IMG/VR virus record: IMGVR_UViG_3300037502_003876
Span: 1-64,000 of that record
Strand: one strand, 5' to 3'
Origin: a virus
Length of the DNA: 64,000 bases
Made by a program: the position numbers and the translations under genes. Below are positions 43,831-51,328 of the stretch, piece by piece (the stretch's first letter is position 1; the number at the start of each line of letters is the position of its first letter). The notes below the pieces were generated by a model. The model worked only from the letters and a program-made list of their open reading frames with translations. It was not told the origin of the DNA and ran no database searches.

Positions 43831-44666
43831 ACGGGGAAGATCTCCACGAAGAGGGTCCACCACGGCGCCCGCAGGTGGTCGCGGGTCGTGGCCAGGTCGT
43901 TCATCCACCGGGACCGTAGCCGGAGCGGGCACCGGGTCGGCGCCATGCCGGCCAGCAGCGCCGCGCGGATCTCGCTCGCGTACACGCCGGCCGCCCGCGC
44001 CTCGGCCACGAGCGGCGCCAGCGTGTCCCGGAGCCGGGTCCACCGGGGCACGTCGACGAGGATCGGGTCGCCGTCGTCGACCTGGAGCGGGTAGCGGTCG
44101 GCGTCGAAGGCGACGCGGGCGTAGAGGCCGACGTGCTTGGCTTGCAGGCGGACGAGGGGTTCCTGCCCGGCGGGCACCGCGGCGCCGGGCCACCAGGCGC
44201 GCTGGGCGTGGGACTCGCCGCCCTTGTCGATGCCCATCCACCCCCAGCCGGCGACGAACGGCGGGGCGGGCGGGCGCAGCAGCGCGCCGAGCGGGTCCGG
44301 GCGTCGCCACGGGGAGTCGGCGCCGCCGAGCCCGGGGAGGGGCCGCGTGCCCACGAAGAAGACGCCGCGGCCGGGGGCGGCGAACCACAGCGTCGCCCGC
44401 AGCGGGATCGACCGGCAGACGAACAGGCACGCGGCGCACACCCGGTCGCCGCCGTGGCCCCATGCGCGGTGGGCGTTCAGCACCGTGAGAAAGTTATCGC
44501 TGATGGCGTCCGCCAGCCGCCACGCCGCCGGCGCCCCGCACCCGGCGCACGCCCCGGCCGGCCCCCGCTGCGGGAAGATCGGGCGCCCCACGCTGTCGCG
44601 CACGTCGTCCTCGGGCCACCCGGTCGGGTGCCGGGCCGCCGCCCACACCAGGTGACTAGCGTGCAT
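43827..44666 (-). CDS. Zinc-knuckle protein in the Cas8-like/Csf1 position (tentative)
   Basis: CAGCG...(36 aa)...CAAC four-Cys pattern near the N-terminus. 279 aa. Located between the Cas6-like and Cas7-like genes. Confidence 0.4.
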   Translation of the reverse strand: MHASHLVWAAARHPTGWPEDDVRDSVGRPIFPQRGPAGACAGCGAPAAWRLADAISDNFLTVLNAHRAWGHGGDRVCAACLFVCRSIPLRATLWFAAPGRGVFFVGTRPLPGLGGADSPWRRPDPLGALLRPPAPPFVAGWGWMGIDKGGESHAQRAWWPGAAVPAGQEPLVRLQAKHVGLYARVAFDADRYPLQVDDGDPILVDVPRWTRLRDTLAPLVAEARAAGVYASEIRAALLAGMAPTRCPLRLRSRWMNDLATTRDHLRAPWWTLFVEIFPV

Positions 44667-45666
44667 CGGGCCGCTCCAGGCGCAGGCACGAGACCTCCTC
44701 CAGTTCCACCCGGCCGAAGCCGAGCGACACCCGGCCGCCGAGCCCGATGCGCTCCGCGCACCGGAGCAGCCACAGCCCGAGCGCGTCGGTCTCGACCACG
44801 ACCCGGCCGCGCCACCCGGCGAGGAATCCGCCCGGCTCGTCGCTGAACCGCGAGGACCGCTGGCGCACGGTCTCCGTGTGGTGCTCGACCATCCGCAGGC
44901 GCACGCACCCCTCCACGCCCTGGCGGCGCAGGGACAGCCGCTCGCGGAGCCCGCCGGTCAGCGCGCCCACGAGCGATGGGCCGGTCGGGTGCGGGTAGGT
45001 GGTCTTGTCCTGGACGCTGTTGCGGACGCACACCGGGGTGTGGGCGAGGAGGCGCACCCGGTAGAGGCCGGGCGCGGAGAACTCCGGGGTGTACGGGACC
45101 GAGCACGCGCCGAAGGTGGCGCGCACCTCGCCCCGGCCGAACCAGTGGCCGCGCCAGGACCGGCCCTGCCACTGGAGCGCCAGGGCGCGGTCGCGGTGGA
45201 GCACGGACCATCCGGAGGGGGTCGGGGTGAGCAGGAGCGCGAAGGTGGGGACGAGCGTGTTGTGGTCCTGCCCGAAGGCGCCGGTGAGCAGGGCGTGCAC
45301 GGCGCGCGTGTCCGCCAGCGCCACGCCGCCCGCCGGGCACGGGTCGAGGGCGAGCGGCAGCAGTCCGCCCGGGAGCGTGTCCGGGTAGGAGGCAAGGTCG
45401 TGTTCGGGGACGGGGCCCTGGTAGGGCGGCTTGACGGTGACCAGCGTGGGCACGCCGCCGCGGTGGCCGATGACCATGCGGACGGAGAGCGGCTTGGGGC
45501 TGCGGAGGAGCTGGTCGCCGTCCGGGTAGGAGCGGACGACGTGGGCGCGGCGCAGCAGGTCGTCGAGCTGGTCCCGGGCCTCGGCCTCCGTCAGCCGGGC
45601 GGCGAAGCGGGCGCGGTACTGGTCGACGGCGTGCTGGCTGATGGCGACGCGGAAGAGTTCGGTCAT
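44656..45666 (-). CDS. Cas6-like RAMP protein with an extra ~90-aa N-terminal domain
   Basis: C-terminus GFLAGWRGRVVVETDALGLWLLRCAERIGLGGRVSLGFGRVELE matches the Cas6 GhGxxxxxGhG glycine-rich loop. ATGA-coupled to dcd. Confidence 0.5.
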   Translation of the reverse strand: MTELFRVAISQHAVDQYRARFAARLTEAEARDQLDDLLRRAHVVRSYPDGDQLLRSPKPLSVRMVIGHRGGVPTLVTVKPPYQGPVPEHDLASYPDTLPGGLLPLALDPCPAGGVALADTRAVHALLTGAFGQDHNTLVPTFALLLTPTPSGWSVLHRDRALALQWQGRSWRGHWFGRGEVRATFGACSVPYTPEFSAPGLYRVRLLAHTPVCVRNSVQDKTTYPHPTGPSLVGALTGGLRERLSLRRQGVEGCVRLRMVEHHTETVRQRSSRFSDEPGGFLAGWRGRVVVETDALGLWLLRCAERIGLGGRVSLGFGRVELEEVSCLRLERPDAR

Positions 45667-46220
45667 ACGTGCCTCGTGCGGTGGAGGTGGCTGCGGCTCG
45701 GCTGCGGGCCGTCGGCCTCGTTGGCGTCGGCGTAGTGGCCGCGGCGGTCGTAGGGCTCGACGGCGCCGGTGACCTCGTGGAACACGGCCTGGCAGACGGG
45801 CCACCCGGGCGGGACACGCAGGTGCGTCAGCACGGAGATCTCCAGGGTGATCTGCCCACCGAAGCCCGGCTCGACGTGGCCGGCGGTGCGGTGGACCTCC
45901 AGGCTCTTGCGGCCGGGGCTGCTCTTGCCGTCGACGCGGACGACGTGCGCCGGGGCGTAGATGCGCTCGATGGTGGCACCGAGGTAGAAGCGCCCGGGCT
46001 CCAGCAGGAAGGCGCCGGTGCTGTCCAGCGGCACCGGATCGAAGTGGTACTCACACGGCTCACGCACGTCGAGGATGCTGTAGCCGGGGCCCAGGAGCAG
46101 CAGCCTCGGGTGCAGGTGGAGGGTGACGCCGGCCTGGTCGATCTGGTCGTCGTCGCAGGGGGCGATGGTGATGACGCCACGGCGCATGGCGTCGCGGAGG
46201 GCAGGGCCGGTGAGGATCAT
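45663..46220 (-). CDS. dcd: dCTP deaminase (dUTPase superfamily)
   Basis: VDGKSSPGRKSLEVHRTAGHVEPGFGGQITLEI. Confidence 0.85.
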   Translation of the reverse strand: MILTGPALRDAMRRGVITIAPCDDDQIDQAGVTLHLHPRLLLLGPGYSILDVREPCEYHFDPVPLDSTGAFLLEPGRFYLGATIERIYAPAHVVRVDGKSSPGRKSLEVHRTAGHVEPGFGGQITLEISVLTHLRVPPGWPVCQAVFHEVTGAVEPYDRRGHYADANEADGPQPSRSHLHRTRHV

Positions 46221-46636
46221 GCGCCCACCTTGCCCGCGTGGGCGGAGGGGTCACCGGCGCGCATCCACCACCGCTCGCCGTGGTCGTAGCGGAAGGTGAC
46301 CCGCTCCGTGTCCAGCAGCGCCAGCAGCCGGGCCACGACGTCCGGGCGGGGCAGGGCGAGCCGGGCGGTGAGGTCGCCGAGCGTGCGGGGCGTGTCGAGC
46401 GCGGCCAGCACCGGGCAGCCGGGGGCGGACGGCACGGCGGCCAGGCGGGGCCAGACCGGGGCCGGGGCGCTCTGCGGGCGGACGCCCCAGCGGTAGGCGA
46501 GGAGGGTGCCGTCGCGGGCGGTCACCCACGCGTAGGTGTCCGCGTGGAGCGTGTGGGCGGCGTCGCGGGCGGCGCTCAGGTCCGGGTAGGCGCCGAGGAC
46601 GGTGCCGGCGCGGTCGAGGACGAGATGGGAACTCAT
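46217..46636 (-). CDS. Hypothetical protein with a winged-helix-like C-terminus
   Basis: 139 aa. ATG is 33 nt from the TGACCCC motif. ...RTLGDLTARLALPRPDVVARLLALLDTERV... Confidence 0.45.
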   Translation of the reverse strand: MSSHLVLDRAGTVLGAYPDLSAARDAAHTLHADTYAWVTARDGTLLAYRWGVRPQSAPAPVWPRLAAVPSAPGCPVLAALDTPRTLGDLTARLALPRPDVVARLLALLDTERVTFRYDHGERWWMRAGDPSAHAGKVGA

Positions 46637-47328
46637 GGCGCCACCCTGCCAGCAGCCGCGGAGGGGTCAGCGCGCAGCCGGGCGCGGCGAGCGCGGACCC
46701 GCTCGTTGACGCGGAGGCGGTTGCACTCGGTGCACCGACGCGGAGGCGAGCGCAGGCCCGGGGGTACGACGAGCGCGCAGCCGCAGCCGACGCAGGTGCG
46801 CGGGGGGCGCGGCTCCTTTGTGCGCGCCTCCCGGACCCGCGGCACGGTGCCGTGGGCCAGGTGCTCGTGGATGCGGCCGAGGAACAGGGAGACGGCGGCC
46901 TCGGTCTCCCCCAGAGCCTCGGCGATCTCGCGGGCCGAGTAGCCGGCCAGGTGCGCGGAGAAGATGGCGCGCCCGCGCTCGTGCAACGCCTCGTGCATGC
47001 GCTGCGCCTGGGCCAGCGACAGCGTGCGGATCTCGCTGCGGCCGTCGTCGGACGGGTCCGGCTCGGCCAGCAGGTCCACGCCGCGCGTGACGCCGACGGG
47101 GCCGCGGGTCCACAGGCTACGGACGCCGTGGAGGGCGGCGATGCGGTAGACCTTGGGCGTGGGGCAGATGTTCCGCGCGGCGACCCCGGACACCTCGGCC
47201 AGGATGAACGCAACAAGCTCGTCCTCCGCGTCGGAGGCGGGGCGCATCGACCCGCGGAGCGCGCGGCGCGCGGCCTTGCGGGCGAAGGGGATCTTGACCC
47301 TGGACCATGGATCGATGCCGTCGGCCAT
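46633..47328 (-). CDS. Sigma-70/ECF-like factor with a C-terminal zinc ribbon (tentative)
   Basis: DAEDELVAFILAEV is region-2-like. ERGRAIFSAHLAGYSAREIAEALGETEAAVSLFLGRIHEHL is region-4 HTH-like. CVGCGC...CTEC at the end. Confidence 0.5.
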   Translation of the reverse strand: MADGIDPWSRVKIPFARKAARRALRGSMRPASDAEDELVAFILAEVSGVAARNICPTPKVYRIAALHGVRSLWTRGPVGVTRGVDLLAEPDPSDDGRSEIRTLSLAQAQRMHEALHERGRAIFSAHLAGYSAREIAEALGETEAAVSLFLGRIHEHLAHGTVPRVREARTKEPRPPRTCVGCGCALVVPPGLRSPPRRCTECNRLRVNERVRARRARLRADPSAAAGRVAP

Positions 47329-47332
47329 GGCG

Positions 47333-47827
47333 CTACTCTGCCGGCGTCGGGCGAGGGGTCCGCCGGCCACGTCCGCCGACCAGCGCGCCGGTGCGCAGCG
47401 CCCAGCCGACGGCGAGCCCGCAGGCGTCGCGCTCGTGGGCGTTGCTGCGGGCGGGGAGGTCGAGCAGGCGGCCGAGCGCGGCCTTGACCTGGGCGTCGGT
47501 GGGGGAGCGCAGCCCGGTGACCGCCACGCGCCAGGACTCCGGCGGCATGTCCTGGACCGTGTGCCGCCCCTCGGACGCGGCCGACGCGAGGCCCACGAGC
47601 AGGCCGGCCTGGTAGGCGGTGTCGAGCAGGGCGGCGCCGCGGGCGTGCTCGTGGACGTAGCCGGAGGGCCGCTCGACCAGGACGGCCGCCAGGTCGGTGG
47701 CCGTGAACATCGGCGTCACGTCGATGGCCTTGCCGGCGCTGTGCCAGGAAGGGCGCTCGCCCGGCAGGATCTCCACGAGGCACCAGCCGTGCTCCTTGGG
47801 TCCGGGGTCAATGGCGAAGATCAGCAT
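47333..47827 (-). CDS. RuvC-like Holliday junction resolvase
   Basis: MLIFAIDPGPKEHGW (first Asp motif) and ...SNAHERDACGLAV (H..D motif). Confidence 0.6.
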   Translation of the reverse strand: MLIFAIDPGPKEHGWCLVEILPGERPSWHSAGKAIDVTPMFTATDLAAVLVERPSGYVHEHARGAALLDTAYQAGLLVGLASAASEGRHTVQDMPPESWRVAVTGLRSPTDAQVKAALGRLLDLPARSNAHERDACGLAVGWALRTGALVGGRGRRTPRPTPAE

Positions 47828-47832
47828 ACCGC

Positions 47833-48255
47833 TCACCCTGCCTGCGTGCGGCGAGGGGTCGGGCCCATGGCCTCGCCGACGGTGGCGCCGATGCGGTCCA
47901 CCCACACGGCCCGCTCCGCGCGCGGGCAGAAGGCGTACCCGCGGATCTGGCCGAGGAGGCGGTTGGCGAGGTCGGCGCGCTCGTGGAGCCGGCGGGCCTC
48001 GGCCGGGTCCGGCGCGAGCGGGGTGCCGCCGCCGCGCTGGCCCTGGGCGTTGGCCTCGTCGACCAGCGCGCCGAGGGACCGCAGCACCTCCGTCGGGACG
48101 GCATCCGGGCGGAGGGCGGCGAGGGCGTCCACCACCACGGTCAGCGCGTCGTCGACGGCGCGCAGCGCGTCGCGGTGCTCGACGGTGCGGACGGCCCACA
48201 CGTCGCGGGGCGGGGGCGTGGCTGGGGCGAGGTGGAGGCGGGACAGCGTGCGCAT
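47833..48255 (-). CDS. Hypothetical protein
   Basis: ATG at 48255 is 34 nt from the TGACCCC motif. 140 aa. Confidence 0.45.
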   Translation of the reverse strand: MRTLSRLHLAPATPPPRDVWAVRTVEHRDALRAVDDALTVVVDALAALRPDAVPTEVLRSLGALVDEANAQGQRGGGTPLAPDPAEARRLHERADLANRLLGQIRGYAFCPRAERAVWVDRIGATVGEAMGPTPRRTQAG

Positions 48256-48286
48256 GGCCCCGAGGATGCGCGCGCTGGGCGAGGGG

Positions 48287-48598
48287 TCAGGTGTCCGCGC
48301 TTGTCGCTGCCTCGCGGAGGGCGCTGATGATGCCGAACCCGGCGCCGCGTGGGAGGATTTTGGCAAAGACCTTCACCTCGCTCGGGTCTTCTGTGACGAC
48401 CTCGAAGTCTGCGACGCTGACGATGTAAGAAATATCAGAATGCTTGCCGCTCACCTCGCCGAGGTAGACGCATTGCCCCTCCGATGTCTGGATTAGCCTC
48501 CAGTCCTCCTCGGTCGCAGGGAATGTCGCAGTAAGAGGGGCGCTGCGCCAGAAATCCAGTCGCCACTTGATGACGCGAGTCGGAGCGTTCGCTTCCAT
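48287..48598 (-). CDS. Hypothetical protein on a lower-GC island (moron candidate)
   Basis: 103 aa. Own AAAGGAG ribosome-binding site. Visibly lower local GC than the flanks. Confidence 0.5.
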   Translation of the reverse strand: MEANAPTRVIKWRLDFWRSAPLTATFPATEEDWRLIQTSEGQCVYLGEVSGKHSDISYIVSVADFEVVTEDPSEVKVFAKILPRGAGFGIISALREAATSADT

Positions 48599-48681
48599 GT
48601 TCGTTCTCCTTTCAACGCCCTCAGCCCCCAGGCCCCGGTTTGCCGGGACGGTGGGGGCGTGTCAGCGAGTGGGGTGCGCCG

Positions 48682-49161
48682 TCAGAACGGCATCCCCTCC
48701 TCGGCCTCGTCGGCCATGCTGCCGCGGCCGGTGGGGTTGGTCGGGCGGCGCGGCGCCTTCTTCTCGGCCAGCCGCCGGCTCCACCCTCGGGCCCGCGCGG
48801 CGTCCTTGCGCACATACTGGCTCCGCGGCTTGCCGTTGTTTGCCGTCTCGTTGTTCTTGTCGGCCTCGCGCGCCTTCCACTCCAGGAAGTCCGCCAGGTT
48901 GTTCAGGTACTCGGGCGTCGTGTCGCTGTACTTGGCCCCGACGAAGGACGGGCCGCTCCACCGCGGTGGATCGCGGCGGATCTCCGGGTTGCCCCACTGG
49001 CTGTCGAGGTCGTCGTCGGGGGCCACGAGCAAGTCCATGCGTGGGGGCGTGGGGCTGGCCGGGAGGTCCGGGTGGTCGGCGCGGACGGCGGACTCCAGGG
49101 CGTCGAGCTGGGAGCGGAGGGCGGCGACGGTGGCGAGGAGCGAGGCTGGGTCGGATGGCAT
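48682..49161 (-). CDS. Hypothetical protein ending in an SSB-tip-like acidic tail (...DEAEEGMPF)
   Basis: ATG at 49161 in ORF 48682..49239. 159 aa. Confidence 0.5.
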   Translation of the reverse strand: MPSDPASLLATVAALRSQLDALESAVRADHPDLPASPTPPRMDLLVAPDDDLDSQWGNPEIRRDPPRWSGPSFVGAKYSDTTPEYLNNLADFLEWKAREADKNNETANNGKPRSQYVRKDAARARGWSRRLAEKKAPRRPTNPTGRGSMADEAEEGMPF

Positions 49162-49261
49162 GCGTGAGCGGTACGGACGCGCGGCGCCGGAGCCGGCAGA
49201 CGTGCCGGGCGGGCGTTGCGTGTCCCGGCACTCTGCCACCGGCAGGCGAGGGGTCCGGCGG

Positions 49262-50029
49262 TCAGCCGGTCAGGTCGAGCGCCATCTGCGTCGGGGCGGC
49301 GGCGTGGCCGAGCTGCGCGGCAGCGAACGCGCGAGCGAACCCGCGCGGGGTGAGGCTGCGGAGGTACTTGGTCCGGGCGCTGGTGCCGCCGAGGGACTGG
49401 AGCCACGAGCCCTGCGACGACGTGGCGACGGGCGGGACGGGGCGCCGCTCCGGCAGACGGAACGCGCCCCACAGGAGCGTGCGCTTGGTGTAGGCGCCGA
49501 CGTCGCGCACGAGGTCCACGTCCTCCGGGGAGAACGGACCGCCGGGGCCGCGGCGCCGGAGCGCGTCGAGGCGGCCGAGGGTGGCGTCGGTCGGGTCGGT
49601 CCAGCCGGCGTACTCCCACGGGTCGAAGGCGAGCGACGGCGGGCCGAGGGACGGCGCGAGGGTGGCGATGCGGCCGACGGGGTTCTCCAGGGCCCAGAAG
49701 TCCGGCCGCAGGAAGTCGACGCACCGGAGCACCTGCCGGACCAGGTGCACGCTGGCCGCGGTGCGGCCGTCGGCGTCCTTGGCCGCCCAGTGCTGCGCCC
49801 CGGACACGGCGAAGTCGGTGCACGGCGGGGCGGCCAGCAGGCCGTCGACGGTATCGAAGCGTTGCAGCACGTCGTCCAGCAGCGACGCGGCGGACCAGGT
49901 GGCGAGGTCGTCGCCGTGCTGAAGGTCCGCCTGGACGACGTTCCACCCGGCCTCCTCGAACGGCTGGCACCAGTGCCCCGACGCGTCGAACAGGCTGAGC
50001 AGCGTGCGGGGTCGCTCCCACACGGTCAC
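49262..50029 (-). CDS. DNA (cytosine-5)-methyltransferase-like protein
   Basis: LSLFDASGH (motif I-like), LLAAPPCTDFAVSG (PC motif IV), FWALENPVG (ENV motif VI). GTG start overlaps the upstream stop. Confidence 0.65.
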   Translation of the reverse strand: MTVWERPRTLLSLFDASGHWCQPFEEAGWNVVQADLQHGDDLATWSAASLLDDVLQRFDTVDGLLAAPPCTDFAVSGAQHWAAKDADGRTAASVHLVRQVLRCVDFLRPDFWALENPVGRIATLAPSLGPPSLAFDPWEYAGWTDPTDATLGRLDALRRRGPGGPFSPEDVDLVRDVGAYTKRTLLWGAFRLPERRPVPPVATSSQGSWLQSLGGTSARTKYLRSLTPRGFARAFAAAQLGHAAAPTQMALDLTG

Positions 50030-50109
50030 GCCTCGCCGTCGTCAGCACCGGCGAGCGCCAGCGCCATCAGCAGCAGGCCCAGCAGCATCTCGGCGACGGC
50101 CTGCGTCAC
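50026..50109 (-). CDS. 27-aa hydrophobic peptide (tentative)
   Basis: GTGA overlaps at both ends link it to the flanking genes. VTQAVAEMLLGLLLMALALAGADDGEA. Confidence 0.25.
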   Translation of the reverse strand: MTQAVAEMLLGLLLMALALAGADDGEA

Positions 50110-50735
50110 GGCACGCCTCGCGGGGACGGGGCGCTGCGGAGCGCCCGGCGGGTGAGGTCGAGCCACCCGCAGGCGTGGCGGCGTCGGCAGTAGACCAGCG
50201 GTCCGTCGTGCCCGAGGCGTCCGCCGCACCGGGGGCAGACGGCGGCGTCGGCCGCGGCGGTGGGCGTGCTGCCAACGGGGGGCGGGCCGTGGCCGTGGTT
50301 GTGGCCATGGTCGAGGCAGTACCAGGACCGGGGCGTGGCGGTCGGTGCTGTGCATCCGGGGTGCGTGCACACGGGCGGCAGGTGGGCCGGGCGCATCCCG
50401 GGGCGGACCTGGGCGCGGGTGGCGCGCTTGGCGTCGGCCTGGCGGGCGGCCCGGGCGGCGGTGCTGGCGGCGCGGCAGGTGGGGCAGAGGCGGGCCTGGC
50501 GCTTGGTGCCGTAGCGGGTGGGCGGCATCGGGGCGCCGCACGCGCACAACCGGGGCGGCGGCTCCTCGGCGGCGAGGCGGGCCACGCGCTCGTGCACGGC
50601 GGCCGTGAGGTCGGCGCCGGAGCGGATGGCGCGGAGGTCCACGGCGCTGACCCCGAGGCGTTCCCGCACGCCCTTCCACGTCAGCAGGTAGGCCCACCGG
50701 CGGACGGCGAGGAGCTGGTCGGTGGACAGCCTCAC
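50106..50735 (-). CDS. HTH plus zinc-ribbon protein, paralog 3 of the tandem family
   Basis: C-terminus CPRCGGRLGHDGPLVYCRRRHACGWLDLT. ATGA-coupled. Confidence 0.5.
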   Translation of the reverse strand: MRLSTDQLLAVRRWAYLLTWKGVRERLGVSAVDLRAIRSGADLTAAVHERVARLAAEEPPPRLCACGAPMPPTRYGTKRQARLCPTCRAASTAARAARQADAKRATRAQVRPGMRPAHLPPVCTHPGCTAPTATPRSWYCLDHGHNHGHGPPPVGSTPTAAADAAVCPRCGGRLGHDGPLVYCRRRHACGWLDLTRRALRSAPSPRGVP

Positions 50736-51328
50736 GACGCCGCCTCCTCGCCGTCGGCGTCCGGCTCGTCGGCGTCCCGGCGCGGGTCGCGGTCCCGCTG
50801 CGTGGTCAGGTGGAGCCAGCCGCAGCCGGCGCGGTCGCGGCAGTAGACCAGCGGCCCGTCGTGGGCGAGCGCCCCGGCGCAGTCCGGGCAGAGGGAGGCG
50901 GCGGCCCGGCGGGTGGCTGGCGGGGCGGACGGCGCGGGGACGGCGGCCGGGCCGAACAGCCGGACCACGACGGCGCGCTGGACGAGGCCCCCGGCCAGCG
51001 CCCGGTCGAGGGTGGCGCGGGCGACGCCGGTGGACCGGGAGAGCGCCCGGACGCTCCCGGCCCGGACGGCGCGGGCGCGCAGGTCAGCGCGCTCCTCGGC
51101 GGACAGCGGACGGCCGCCAGGGGCGCGGGCGCGGCAGCCGCAGTGGCGGACCTCCCCGTGGCGCAGGGCGTTGGCCCCGACCACGAGGGCGGCGCCGCAC
51201 GCGCACCGGACGCGCCATTGACGGGTGGACCGGCGCCGGTCGCCGGGGACGGTGGACGGCGGCGCCTCACCGACCACGGTGAGCGCGGCGAAGCGGGCGC
51301 CGACGGGGCACAGGAGACGGGCTCTCAT
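50732..51328 (-). CDS. HTH plus zinc-ribbon protein, paralog 2
   Basis: C-terminus CPDCAGALAHDGPLVYCRDRAGCGWLHLTTQRDRDP. ATG is 33 nt from the TGACCCC-type motif. Confidence 0.5.
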   Translation of the reverse strand: MRARLLCPVGARFAALTVVGEAPPSTVPGDRRRSTRQWRVRCACGAALVVGANALRHGEVRHCGCRARAPGGRPLSAEERADLRARAVRAGSVRALSRSTGVARATLDRALAGGLVQRAVVVRLFGPAAVPAPSAPPATRRAAASLCPDCAGALAHDGPLVYCRDRAGCGWLHLTTQRDRDPRRDADEPDADGEEAAS

